A stretch of 64,000 bases of DNA from a virus (lineage: Duplodnaviria > Heunggongvirae > Uroviricota > Caudoviricetes): IMG/VR virus record IMGVR_UViG_3300032321_001382, one strand, 5' to 3'. Within the stretch, counting starts at the first letter, position 1. Every line of letters begins with the position of its first letter. Below the pieces are notes generated by a model. That model was not told where the DNA came from. It worked only from the letters and a program-made list of their open reading frames with translations, and did no database searches. This document shows, one piece after another, positions 27,489-36,803 of this stretch. The translations under genes and the position numbers were made by a program.

Positions 27489-30400
27489 TGTACCTATATC
27501 CAGTTTACCATTTACTAGTTCGGTAAATCCAACTGCCTTAGTACCCATAGTTCAAAATGGGATTACTTGCTCTACCTATGCTTGCTTATTAGGAAGTGGT
27601 GGAGGCGGAGGTGGTGGTAATGTTACTTGTTTAGTAGCTGGAAGTGGAGTTATTTTGAGTCCAACGACTGGTGTGGGTGTAGTAACAGTTACTAGTACGG
27701 GTAGTGGCTCAAGTGGTTCAAGTGGCTCTGCTGGAACAAGCGGCTCGAGTGGATTGTCTTTTGGTACAAGTGGTACAAGTGGTTTATCTTTTGGTACAAG
27801 TGGTACAAGTGGCGCAAATGGTACAAGCGGCTCAAGCGGGTCGAGTGGAATAAATGGTTCTAGTGGACAAACATTTGGTACAAGCGGAACTAGTGGTTTA
27901 TCTTTTGGTTCTAGTGGTACTGCTGGTACAAGTGGTTTATCTTATGGTACAAGTGGGACTAGTGGAGCTAATGGAACGAGTGGTTCTAGCGGTTCTAGTG
28001 GTTTCTCTTATGGTACAAGTGGAACTAGTGGTTTATCTTTTGGTTCTAGTGGTACAAGTGGTTTATCATTTGGTACTAGTGGTACTAGTGGCTCAAGTGG
28101 GTCTAGTGGCTCTAGTGGTACAACTTTTGGTTCTAGTGGTACATCTGGTTTATCTTATGGTACTAGTGGTACATCTGGTAGTTCAGGCTCTAGTGGTGCT
28201 ACTTTTGGTACTTCTGGTTCTTCAGGCACTTCTGGCTCTAGTGGATTAAGTTTTGGAACAAGTGGTACATCTGGCTCTAGTGGTACAACTTTTGGTACTA
28301 GTGGTACTAGCGGTACTAATGGTTCTAGTGGGTCAAGCGGTTTATCTTATGGTACAAGTGGAACAAGTGGCTCAAGTGGAGCTGCTGGTACTAGTGGTTT
28401 TACATATGGCACTAGTGGAACTAGTGGTTCGAGTGGAGCTGATGGAACTAGTGGAGAGACATATGGTACAAGTGGAACTAGTGGTTCGAGTGGAGCTGCT
28501 GGAACTAGTGGACAGACATATGGCACTAGCGGAACTAGTGGCTCAAGTGGAAGAAATGGCTCAAGTGGAACTAGCGGTTCAAGTGGAATTTCATTTTTCG
28601 GAACAACAAGTGGAACTAGCGGTACAAGTGGCTCAAGTGGAGCTGCTGGAACTAGTGGAGAAACATATGGTACAAGCGGCACTAGCGGGTCAAGCGGGAC
28701 CAGTGGCTCGAGTGGAACTAATGGCTCAAGTGGGACTAATGGCTCAAGCGGGACTAGCGGGACTAGTGGCTCGAGTGGGACGACTGGGACTAGCGGTTCA
28801 AGTGGTTCTGCTGGAACTAGTGGATTGTCTTTTGGCACAAGTGGAACTGCGGGAACCAGTGGAGAAACATTTGGTACAAGCGGTACTAATGGTACAAGTG
28901 GCACTAGTGGGTCTAGCGGGTCTAGTGGCTCCAGTGGTTCGAGTGGCTCGAGTGGGACTAGCGGGACTAGCGGTACAAGTGGTTCGAGTGGCTCGAGTGG
29001 TTCAAGTGGTTCGGCGGGAACGAGCGGTGCTACATTTGGAACAGCAGGAACCAGTGGTTCGAGTGGCTTAAGCGGTACAAGTGGTGTTAATGGATTAAAT
29101 GGTACAAGTGGTGTTAATGGTACAAGTGGCGTTAATGGTGTTAATGGTACAAGTGGGTTAAATGGAACGAGTGGCGTTAATGGAACGAGTGGGTTAAGCG
29201 GTACAAGTGGTTCTAGTGGTTCTAGTGGCTCAAGTGGTTCTGCTGGAACTAGTGGAGCAACATTTGGTTCAAGCGGTACAAGTGGCGTTGGAGGTATATT
29301 AATACTTGGTTCTGGTGCTAATTCTACAGAAAGATGCGGCGTTAATAATACGGCATCTGGCGCTTATTCATTCGCTGGCGCTGGTCAATGCAATATTGCT
29401 TGTGGTTGTGGTTCTTCAGTTATAGGTGGTCAATGTAATAGTGCTTGTGGAGCATTTACTGGTGCATTTGGTTGTAACCTTACTAATACACAAGCTTGTA
29501 CATTTATGGCTAACAACTTTGTTGTTGGTGACTTTATATCTTTTGGTGGATGTGGATGTGGTGTTAGTATAGATAATAGTGGAAAGTTATGCTTACAAGC
29601 TGGCGGAGGTGGCGGCGGTGGTGGTATAATAGTACTTGATAGTGGATGTAACTCATCTGTAAGATGTGGTGTAGGTAATTCAGCTACAGGAGCTTATTCA
29701 TTCGCTGGTGGTGGTCAATGTAATACTGCTTCAGGTAACTGCTCATTTGTTGGTGGTGGTTTTTCTCACTCAAATTGTGGCGTTTATTCTACAATAGTAG
29801 GGGGTCTTTGTAATTTAGCTTGTGGTGCTTGTAATGTATTTATAGGTGGTGGTATATGTCATAGTGCGTTAGCTGCTTCTACTACAATTGTAGGTGGGGT
29901 ATGTAATTATACTTGTGGAGCACATTCTTTCATAGGGGGTGGATTTGGTAATCGCACTCTAGCTCTTTGTTCAACTATTGTGGGAGGTTGTTGTAATTTT
30001 ATACTTGGCGGAACTTCTTATGGTTTCATAGGTGGTGGAAGTAATAATTGTGTCGCATATAGTACATCTCAAGGAAATTATGGAGTAGTCGTAGGTGGTA
30101 ATGGTAACACTGCTGGACCTAATTCTGCTGTAGTAGGTGGAAGTGGTAATACCGCTAGTACTTATAATATGTTTATAGGTGGTGGTGTTAATAATAAAAT
30201 ATGTGCAGACCATCAAAACGGTGTTATTGTTGGAGGTTGTGCTAATATAATATATCGTGGTTACAATAACTTTATAGGCGGTGGTCAAGCAAATTTTATT
30301 TGTGTTCCCACATTTGGTAGTGCATTTGGAACTTTAGTGGGTGGTTGCACAAATTGTATGTGTGGTCAATGTGGTTTTATTGGAGGTGGTGCTAAAAATC

Positions 30401-31743
30401 TTGTAGGAGCTTCTGCTAATGGTGGAGTTGTAGTAGGTGGTTTATGTGGTACAGCAAGTGGAGCTTATTCAGCCATAGTTGGTGGTCAAACTAACATAGC
30501 AAGTGCGACAAATTCTTTTGTAGGTGGTGGTCGTTGTAACTGCGCTACTGGTCTTTGTGCCGCTGTTTTAGGTGGTCAATGTAATACAGCAAGTGGTTGT
30601 TATTCTAATGTAGCTAGTGGATGTAAAAATACAGCAAGTGGTCGATATGCTGGTGTAGGAGGTGGTAAAGATATTCTTAATCAAGGTGGTTATAGTTTTA
30701 TAGGTAGTGGAATTAGTAATTGTACTGGTTCAAACTTAAATTTATATGCTTTTATAGGTTCTGGATTTGCAAATTGCGTTACTGGACCTTGTTCACTTGT
30801 TGCTGGTGGTGGTAGCAACTCAGCAAGTGGATATCATACAGCCATACTTGGTGGTCGTAATAATATATCCAGTGGTGCTTGTAGTGCTATTGTTGGTGGA
30901 TGCGCTAATTCATCTACTACTGCATTTAGTTTTGTAGGTGGTGGATGTAATAATATTGCTTGTGGTGCTGCAGCTACTATATCTGGCGGTTATTGTAACA
31001 GAGCAAGTGGAGCTTGTTCTACTATATCTGGTGGTTATGGCAACCTAGCAAGTGGTGGATGGTCAACTGTCGCTGGTGGTAATAGTAATGCTGCTTGCAC
31101 TTTTAATAATATTTTTGTAGGTGGTGGTGCTAGTAATAAAGGAAATTCTGCTGGAGCAACAATTGTAGGAGGTATTTTTAATTGTAGTGTAACTGGTATT
31201 TATACCTCTATTTTAGGTGGTGCTAGTAATACGGTATGTGGTGCTTGTTCTGCAATATTAGGTGGTTCTGGAAATATAACAACTGCAGCATTGAGTGGTG
31301 CATTTGGATGTAATGTTAACAATATTACAGCTTGTTCATTTATGTCTAACCAATTAATAGCTTGTAATATATTTGGAGCTGGGGCTATTTGTGCTGACGC
31401 AAATGGTGTAATTGTTCCAGTAGTTTCAGATAGCAGATTAAAGACAAATATTTGTCCTTTAAATTCTGGAATGGATAAGGTATCATTATTAAATCCAGTT
31501 AGCTTTGAATGGAAAGATGAATTTAAAAAATCAAATGGAATTGATAGACAAATAGGCTTTATCGCTCAAGAAGTTAAAGAGGTAGTACCAGAGGCGGTAT
31601 TTGTTACAACAAGTGGTAATTTTGGATTAAATGATAGCCCTATTGTAGCACTATTGACCAAGGTTGTTCAAGACCAAGAAAAAAGAATCAATACTTTAGA
31701 AAAAAGAGTAGAAAATCTAGAGTTTTTAATGAAAAATAAGTAA
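27481..31743 (+). CDS. 1420-aa fibre protein: collagen-like Gly-X-Y region, then Cys-rich Hep_Hag-like repeats, then C-terminal Peptidase_S74 chaperone domain
   Basis: About 530 aa of G(T/S)SG(S/T)(S/A/N)G triplets with periodic LSFG/TFG/TYG interruptions, including roughly 25 perfect GVN/GTS/GLN triplets. Downstream come the same linker module (GAFGCNLTNTQACTFMANNFVVGDFISFGGCGCGVSIDNSGKLC) and repeat type as the giant gene. The C-terminus is SDSRLKTNICPLN...IGFIAQEVKEVVPEAVF. Confidence 0.85.
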   Translation: MPNVPISSLPFTSSVNPTALVPIVQNGITCSTYACLLGSGGGGGGGNVTCLVAGSGVILSPTTGVGVVTVTSTGSGSSGSSGSAGTSGSSGLSFGTSGTSGLSFGTSGTSGANGTSGSSGSSGINGSSGQTFGTSGTSGLSFGSSGTAGTSGLSYGTSGTSGANGTSGSSGSSGFSYGTSGTSGLSFGSSGTSGLSFGTSGTSGSSGSSGSSGTTFGSSGTSGLSYGTSGTSGSSGSSGATFGTSGSSGTSGSSGLSFGTSGTSGSSGTTFGTSGTSGTNGSSGSSGLSYGTSGTSGSSGAAGTSGFTYGTSGTSGSSGADGTSGETYGTSGTSGSSGAAGTSGQTYGTSGTSGSSGRNGSSGTSGSSGISFFGTTSGTSGTSGSSGAAGTSGETYGTSGTSGSSGTSGSSGTNGSSGTNGSSGTSGTSGSSGTTGTSGSSGSAGTSGLSFGTSGTAGTSGETFGTSGTNGTSGTSGSSGSSGSSGSSGSSGTSGTSGTSGSSGSSGSSGSAGTSGATFGTAGTSGSSGLSGTSGVNGLNGTSGVNGTSGVNGVNGTSGLNGTSGVNGTSGLSGTSGSSGSSGSSGSAGTSGATFGSSGTSGVGGILILGSGANSTERCGVNNTASGAYSFAGAGQCNIACGCGSSVIGGQCNSACGAFTGAFGCNLTNTQACTFMANNFVVGDFISFGGCGCGVSIDNSGKLCLQAGGGGGGGGIIVLDSGCNSSVRCGVGNSATGAYSFAGGGQCNTASGNCSFVGGGFSHSNCGVYSTIVGGLCNLACGACNVFIGGGICHSALAASTTIVGGVCNYTCGAHSFIGGGFGNRTLALCSTIVGGCCNFILGGTSYGFIGGGSNNCVAYSTSQGNYGVVVGGNGNTAGPNSAVVGGSGNTASTYNMFIGGGVNNKICADHQNGVIVGGCANIIYRGYNNFIGGGQANFICVPTFGSAFGTLVGGCTNCMCGQCGFIGGGAKNLVGASANGGVVVGGLCGTASGAYSAIVGGQTNIASATNSFVGGGRCNCATGLCAAVLGGQCNTASGCYSNVASGCKNTASGRYAGVGGGKDILNQGGYSFIGSGISNCTGSNLNLYAFIGSGFANCVTGPCSLVAGGGSNSASGYHTAILGGRNNISSGACSAIVGGCANSSTTAFSFVGGGCNNIACGAAATISGGYCNRASGACSTISGGYGNLASGGWSTVAGGNSNAACTFNNIFVGGGASNKGNSAGATIVGGIFNCSVTGIYTSILGGASNTVCGACSAILGGSGNITTAALSGAFGCNVNNITACSFMSNQLIACNIFGAGAICADANGVIVPVVSDSRLKTNICPLNSGMDKVSLLNPVSFEWKDEFKKSNGIDRQIGFIAQEVKEVVPEAVFVTTSGNFGLNDSPIVALLTKVVQDQEKRINTLEKRVENLEFLMKNK
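27700..29290 (+). repeat. collagen-like Gly-X-Y coding repeat (low-complexity DNA)
   Basis: ggt/ggc/gga appears every 9 nt with act/agt/tct/agc in between; spurious antisense ORFs overlap it. Confidence 0.7.
31426..31740 (+). other. Peptidase_S74 intramolecular chaperone domain (C-terminus of second fibre)
   Basis: SDSRLKTNI...SFEWKDEF...RQIGFIAQEVKEVVPEAV. Confidence 0.8.
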
Positions 31744-31768
31744 TTTCGAGTACAAAATAAATTAAAAT

Positions 31769-32089
31769 ATGTTAGTAGCAAAAATTAATCCAGCCGTAAA
31801 ATTGGCTAAACAAGACGACTTATTTAACGTATCATCAGTTGAAGTTGATAGCATCCTTGTCGCAGCTAGACCCTATGTATTAGGTTCTAAAGAAGTAAAT
31901 TTTGAAGTTCTTTTTGGTAATGTTGGCACTTCAGAAGAAACTGGAGAAAAACAATTCGTTAGCCTAAGTTCTCAACAAGTTTTATTAACAGCTGAGGAAA
32001 TTGGCGAGTGGGGTACAGATGATACAATTATATTAACAGCAGTTGCTGCAAAATTAGGTACATCTATAGAGTCTTCAGAACTATTTTAG
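31769..32089 (+). CDS. hypothetical acidic protein
   Basis: 106-aa ORF. Confidence 0.5.
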   Translation: MLVAKINPAVKLAKQDDLFNVSSVEVDSILVAARPYVLGSKEVNFEVLFGNVGTSEETGEKQFVSLSSQQVLLTAEEIGEWGTDDTIILTAVAAKLGTSIESSELF

Positions 32090-32109
32090 TAACAATAAAG
32101 CGAAAATAA

Positions 32110-32982
32110 ATGAATATTATATTCCAAATTTCTGGTGGAATTGGTAAATCTATTACATCCACAGCAGTCTGTAAAGCAATAAAAAAGAAATATCCAAACG
32201 ATAAATTAATCGTTGTTACTGGTTATCCAGATGTATTTACTAATAGTAAAGATGTAGATATGGCTTTTGGCTTTGGTCAAGAAGGCTATTTCTATACAAA
32301 ATACATAGAAAATCAAGATGTAAAAATAATGGCTTTAGAGCCATACGTAGTAACAGAGCACGTTCAACAAAAAGAACACCTTATCGAAACGTGGTGTAAA
32401 CTATGTGATGTGCCTTACAATGGAGAGCAGCCAGAGGTGTTTATAAACGATAGAGAGCGCTCTTTCTTCCAAGAAAAATATAAAAGTGATAAGCCAATTT
32501 TGTTAATGCAAACAAATGGCGGAGCAGAACAACAACAAGTAAAATACTCTTGGGCAAGAGATATTCCTCGCCATGTAGTAGATGCAGTTGTTAATGAATT
32601 CAGAAATGATTATAATATAGTTCATATTAAAAGAGAAGACCAATATGGTTTTGATGGCACTTTTGCAGTAACAGACAACTATAAAGGAATATCTGTTTTA
32701 ATCGAAATGAGCGAGAAAAGATTATTCATGGATAGTTTTGCTCAACACACTGCAGCGGCTATAAATAAGCCATCTACCGTTCTTTGGATAGCCAATACCC
32801 CAAAAGTATTCGGATATGAATTACATGAAAATATTGTATCAAATCCATTTACTGCTAAAGGAGATTTAAAGAATAGTTTTTTTGGAAAATTTAATATTGT
32901 TGGAGCTTTAGAAGAATTTCCTTACAAAAACGAATTAGAAATATTCGATGTAGAAAAAGTAATTGCTTCTCTTAAAAAATAG
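32110..32982 (+). CDS. GT9-family (heptosyltransferase-like) glycosyltransferase
   Basis: 290 aa. N-terminal MNIIFQISGGIGKSITSTAVCKAIKKKYPNDKLIVVTGYP resembles the ALGD-type N-terminus of LPS heptosyltransferases. The C-terminal region carries a DS..QHTAAA block. Confidence 0.5.
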   Translation: MNIIFQISGGIGKSITSTAVCKAIKKKYPNDKLIVVTGYPDVFTNSKDVDMAFGFGQEGYFYTKYIENQDVKIMALEPYVVTEHVQQKEHLIETWCKLCDVPYNGEQPEVFINDRERSFFQEKYKSDKPILLMQTNGGAEQQQVKYSWARDIPRHVVDAVVNEFRNDYNIVHIKREDQYGFDGTFAVTDNYKGISVLIEMSEKRLFMDSFAQHTAAAINKPSTVLWIANTPKVFGYELHENIVSNPFTAKGDLKNSFFGKFNIVGALEEFPYKNELEIFDVEKVIASLKK

Positions 32983-32987
32983 CATTT

Positions 32988-33155
32988 TGTAGGGTGGTGA
33001 AATAGAGGGAACTTCCCTTATGGCAAACACACCCACTCGTCTCGTGGGCGCAGATAACGAAATAGAAAAGTAGTAAGGGGTTGACCACCAGCTTGCAAGC
33101 ATAACTGCTACTTTCCGAATCGCTGCTTGAAGGTTCGACCCCTTCTCCTACAGCC
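32988..33155 (+). ncRNA. tRNA-like / tmRNA-like structured RNA
   Basis: The 5' TGTAGGG (32988-32994) pairs with the 3' TCCTACA (33146-33152) as a 7-bp acceptor stem, followed by discriminator G and CC. Next to it lies a canonical T-arm GAAGG-TTCGACC-CCTTC (33129-33145). About 130 nt intervene, containing ATG GCA AAC...GAA AAG TAG TAA, a short reading frame ending in a tandem stop. The RNA sits in an intergenic gap just upstream of a bidirectional terminator. Confidence 0.4.
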
Positions 33156-33197
33156 TTCCCTATAGTCTCAGTATTATAGGTCTGCTCCTTATGGGAG

Positions 33198-33226
33198 AAA
33201 AAAAAGCCCCTTGATTGGGGTTTTTT
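33198..33226. terminator. bidirectional rho-independent terminator
   Basis: AAAAAAAA-GCCCC-TTGATT-GGGG-TTTTTT. It lies between the + strand tRNA-like RNA and the minus-strand tRNAs. Confidence 0.75.
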
Positions 33227-33231
33227 AATTG

Positions 33232-33302
33232 ATGCTTCACTAAGATTCGAACTTAGACTAAGAGAACCAAAAACTCTGGTGCTACCATTACACTATGAAG
33301 CA
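33232..33302 (-). tRNA. tRNA, anticodon UUG (Gln) by my fold; imperfect anticodon stem
   Basis: Minus-strand sequence TGCTTCA-TA-GTGT-AATGGTA-GCAC-C-AGAGT-TTTTGGT-TCTCT-TAGT-CTAAG-TTCGAAT-CTTAG-TGAAGCA-T. It has a good acceptor, D arm and T arm (TTCGAAT loop) and one T-T mismatch in the anticodon stem. Confidence 0.5.
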
Positions 33303-33308
33303 TTATTG

Positions 33309-33395
33309 CGGAAGGTCAGGGATTCGAACCCCAGATACCATTTCTAGTATGCTAGTTTTCAAGACTAGTGCATTCAACCGCTCTGCCAACCTTCC
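33309..33395 (-). tRNA. tRNA-Ser (anticodon UGA), class II with long variable arm
   Basis: Minus-strand sequence GGAAGGT-TG-GCA-GAGCGGTTGAA-TGC-A-CTAGT-CTTGAAA-ACTAG-CATACTAGAAATGGTATC-TGGGG-TTCGAAT-CCCTG-ACCTTCC-G. 87 nt, with a 3-bp D stem and an 18-nt variable arm typical of tRNA-Ser. Confidence 0.8.
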
Positions 33396-33396
33396 T

Positions 33397-34005
33397 TTAT
33401 TTCCTTTTAACATACAAGCAATCAAATTGAAAATCCCAACATCTTTTCTTATCAACTAGCGAAAAACCCCTATCTAAAAGATATTTATTTATCTCACTAT
33501 CTATTTTTTGATTTTCAAAACAAACTCTCTCTTCCGTTTCGATTTGTATAGCTTTTATTTCATTTATCTTATCACCTAGACCATCTAAAACCTCATATCC
33601 ATGACCCTCTACATCAATTTTAATTAAATCAATTTGGAAATCAAAGGTATCTAGTCTTATAGACTTTACTATATTTTTCTCATATTCTAGATTGTCAACA
33701 TGAAAGGATTTTTTTATAGAAGAAATACCTCTAAGTAGTTCGTTGTCAGACACAACTGATAAAAATTCTATCTCACCATTTTCATTAGAAGCAGCTACAT
33801 TGTATACTTTATACTTATAATTATCAATTATGTTATTATATGACTTTACATCAGCTTCTATTATGTGACAATTTTCAGTATTTAAATTCCAATACTTGGA
33901 AACATAATCAGTATCCTTACCATCTCTGCTACCTACCTCCATAAAAGAAGTTGGTTTAAAATAAGGTTTTAATATATCTGTAAGTTGTCTTAAGTCGTTT
34001 CTCAT
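33397..34005 (-). CDS. FkbM-family methyltransferase
   Basis: 202 aa; SFMEVGSRDGKDTDYVSKYW matches the FkbM SAM-binding block (f.DiGAn.G). Confidence 0.55.
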   Translation of the reverse strand: MRNDLRQLTDILKPYFKPTSFMEVGSRDGKDTDYVSKYWNLNTENCHIIEADVKSYNNIIDNYKYKVYNVAASNENGEIEFLSVVSDNELLRGISSIKKSFHVDNLEYEKNIVKSIRLDTFDFQIDLIKIDVEGHGYEVLDGLGDKINEIKAIQIETEERVCFENQKIDSEINKYLLDRGFSLVDKKRCWDFQFDCLYVKRK

Positions 34006-34622
34006 TTTGATTGTATATTGGATTCAAACTCTTTATTTTGAACTATTGTATCAAATGGAATTACAATCCTAGTATTATATAGACCACTTTGGTTTGAATT
34101 CAAACTCATATGCTGTAATATTTTAGCATAAAAATTATCTATTTCCATACCACTAGGTATAGCCATATTAATTATATCATCATATATTTTATGTTTTAAA
34201 GCATAAGCATGAGCGCAAACAATTTGGTTTCTGAAAAAATTCTCTACCAATCCTCCAAAATATAATAAATCCCAATCATTAAGAATAGATTCGTTTAGCC
34301 CTAGTATTTTACTTGGATTATCTAAAATTTGTACATCATCTTCTAGAATTAAAATTTTGCCATATCCTTTTTCCTTTGCTATTTTAACTATTCCCAAATG
34401 AGAAGCACGACACCCTAAAGAGTTTAAAATATACTTATCATCTATTTTGTTAAAATTCCTCCAATACTTAGGTTCTGGTATCTCTGTAAAGCTAATAGCA
34501 TCAAACCTTTCAAAGTTTGTTATACCAAATTTATCAAACTGCGCTAATAGGTTATTTTTCCTATTAACATCTTTTGCTAAATTTATATAAAATATTTTGT
34601 CAAAATACTTATTAATGTCCAT
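34002..34622 (-). CDS. glycosyltransferase family 25 (LPS/LOS-type)
   Basis: 206 aa; MDINKYFDKIFYINLAKDVNRKNNLLAQFDKFGI...FDAI is the GT25 N-terminal signature. Its start overlaps the upstream gene. Confidence 0.65.
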   Translation of the reverse strand: MDINKYFDKIFYINLAKDVNRKNNLLAQFDKFGITNFERFDAISFTEIPEPKYWRNFNKIDDKYILNSLGCRASHLGIVKIAKEKGYGKILILEDDVQILDNPSKILGLNESILNDWDLLYFGGLVENFFRNQIVCAHAYALKHKIYDDIINMAIPSGMEIDNFYAKILQHMSLNSNQSGLYNTRIVIPFDTIVQNKEFESNIQSK

Positions 34623-35443
34623 TATTTGCTATATCTAAAGTATTTAAAAAACCATTCGTGATTAGTGTAAATCCAATCACATACTTCTTTGGTTAATAAT
34701 GCTTTGGCTTTAGAAGGAGTCAACTTAAGTTGTTTTCTAATAGTGTGGTCTCCAAAAGCTCCATAAACCTCATCATCTTCTTTAGTAACTTGTTCAATAT
34801 TATCAAAATCGTGTTTAAAGTGTGTAATACCTAAATATTGATAAATCTTAGTCATGGTACTATCTGGATAAAGGCATAAATCCTCATATTTTATAAATAA
34901 AATCTTAGCATCATTTCCAGTTCGGATGATTTCTTGTAATCTTTCAATAGCCATACCCACTGGAGGATTCTGTAGCCAAAAGTCGATACGCTTAGGAACC
35001 GTTGTGGCTTGACCAGTTGACCAATTCACAATTCCTTGGCTCTTTTCTGGATTTTTTCTAAAATTACCCTCCATAGAAGCAAAAACATCTCTCAAATCCC
35101 TAACCATACAAATAATCTTAGGTTCTTCACCTCTAATGCTTGTAAGAAAATCGAAATGAATACCCCAACCTCTGCTTTTGTCAATAACATACTTTTTATC
35201 AGTAATAGAATTATAGAAAGCATCCATACCCTCTTTGCAAAAGGCTGTATAACCCTTTTTCATTAGTTCTTTGTCTTGGGCAATAAATTCTGGTGATGTG
35301 CTATAATTCTCTCTAGCAGCAAAAATAAGCTCTAAAACACCACTCGTAGGAGTTGCGTAAATATCTGGATTTTGTGCTAAAATGTTCTGAAGCATTGTGC
35401 TTCCAGCTCTAGGTAGTGAGCTTTGAAAAAATAAATTTTCCAT
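34622..35443 (-). CDS. PAPS-dependent sulfotransferase
   Basis: 273 aa; 5'-PSB-like LPRAGSTML and 3'-PB-like MVRDLRDVFASM motifs. Confidence 0.7.
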   Translation of the reverse strand: MENLFFQSSLPRAGSTMLQNILAQNPDIYATPTSGVLELIFAARENYSTSPEFIAQDKELMKKGYTAFCKEGMDAFYNSITDKKYVIDKSRGWGIHFDFLTSIRGEEPKIICMVRDLRDVFASMEGNFRKNPEKSQGIVNWSTGQATTVPKRIDFWLQNPPVGMAIERLQEIIRTGNDAKILFIKYEDLCLYPDSTMTKIYQYLGITHFKHDFDNIEQVTKEDDEVYGAFGDHTIRKQLKLTPSKAKALLTKEVCDWIYTNHEWFFKYFRYSK

Positions 35444-35726
35444 AATGTAGTTTCGCTTTAAAAAATGATTAATTTTACTACACGAAAGTAAAAATAAAAT
35501 ACCATAAAAGGAAATAAATTATGAAAAAAGTTGACATTCGTTTTAACACCAATTTCCCATCTAGAAGCCAATACGAATGGCGTGTATTAATTAATGGAGA
35601 TGGGGTTTCTATTCTTACATTGTTTCCTATACTACAGCTACATTTATTGAGGGTCATGGTATGAAATGGCACTTATCTACAGAAGCAAATGAAATAGAGA
35701 TTGATAACTCTTTAATTACCAACAAA

Positions 35727-36803
35727 TTAGCTATTATTAAGTAAGTGTTCTATATCAGTTAATACCCTATCTAGAGATATTTTCTTATGACACTCGAATT
35801 GTCTAGGTGTATCCTCATGCTCTGGACACCAATTCCAATCTCCTTTGTTAAATTTGAATAATTCATTGTTCCAACATCCATTACATATGCTTGTATCACT
35901 TATTCTGGTACAATCTGACTGAAATTCATGTGTATTTACCGAGAAGTTGGAAATCATCACAACCTTTTTATTTAAAGCCCAAGAAAGCCAAGACAATCCG
36001 CTTGATAAGCCAATAAAGAACTCTGAGTGATGTATTATATTGCTTACATTTTGTATTGACTTATCTTCTATATTAACAATATTTTTAAACTCGTTTTTCT
36101 CCATAGAAACCTCAATTACCTTATATCCTCTTTCATTTAATGAGTCAATTAATTCCTGCCAATAGTACCAAAGTTTACATTGGGATGTAGAAAAGGTAGA
36201 TATAGCTATATATTTCTCTTTTATAGGGCGCTCCATTACTTCAAAATCTACATATGGTTTAATTTCCTTAAATGGAATATTTAAAATATTTGTTGCGTTT
36301 TTTTGTAAGGGGATAGTGGATGGATTTACTGGTTCTTTTTTATCATCGTAAAACCAACCTAACTCGAATCCAGCATGAATATTTTCTATTAACTCTCCTT
36401 TTTCAGTAAAATTTATATGTGGATATTTGTTACGAAATAGATTATTATGAAAACATGATACAATAACATCACATTTGTAAAAATTTCTAAACTCTTCGCA
36501 ATAAGGCATCCAAGCTATAGTATCACCTAATGAACTACTTTCAAAATTTATAAGCACTCTTTTACCTTGAATTTCATCCTTTATACTTATTTTTTTTACA
36601 AAATTACCCTCAAATGTCACTAAAACAAAAATATCAGAAAAGTACTTTTTATCTAATCTAGCCCAACTACTCGGTTTTAACTTTGTTTGATAAATTATTT
36701 CATTCTTCTCTAAAAAACAAACATCGTATTCCCTATCTAACCCACCATCATTAAGTATTTCAAAAAATAAACCATCTACATGATGAATATTATATGTAAT
36801 CAT
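35727..36803 (-). CDS. GT9-like glycosyltransferase with C-terminal Cys4 cluster (resembles autotransporter protein-heptosyltransferases)
   Basis: 358 aa. KRVLINFESSSLGDTIAWMPYCEEF is an ALGD-type N-motif, and FFIGLSSGLSWLSWALNKKVVMI matches the DSG..HLA block. The C-terminus carries a CNGCW...WCPEH...FECH cysteine cluster. Confidence 0.5.
   Translation of the reverse strand: MITYNIHHVDGLFFEILNDGGLDREYDVCFLEKNEIIYQTKLKPSSWARLDKKYFSDIFVLVTFEGNFVKKISIKDEIQGKRVLINFESSSLGDTIAWMPYCEEFRNFYKCDVIVSCFHNNLFRNKYPHINFTEKGELIENIHAGFELGWFYDDKKEPVNPSTIPLQKNATNILNIPFKEIKPYVDFEVMERPIKEKYIAISTFSTSQCKLWYYWQELIDSLNERGYKVIEVSMEKNEFKNIVNIEDKSIQNVSNIIHHSEFFIGLSSGLSWLSWALNKKVVMISNFSVNTHEFQSDCTRISDTSICNGCWNNELFKFNKGDWNWCPEHEDTPRQFECHKKISLDRVLTDIEHLLNNS

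Noticed and set aside
27854-29071. ORFs 27854..28249, 28253..29071 (+) and 28347..28904 (-), which are Leu/Val/Gln-rich or Pro/Leu-rich
   Set aside because: They are alternative frames and the antisense of the collagen-like GTSGSSG repeat, so they are low-complexity artefacts.
32988-33155. Group-I-intron-containing tRNA as the explanation for the split acceptor/T-arm RNA
   Set aside because: The roughly 130-nt insert is too short for a group I intron, and no P1-P9 core elements (P7-like GACUA...UAGUC pairing) were evident. It is kept as a tRNA-like / tmRNA-like ncRNA.
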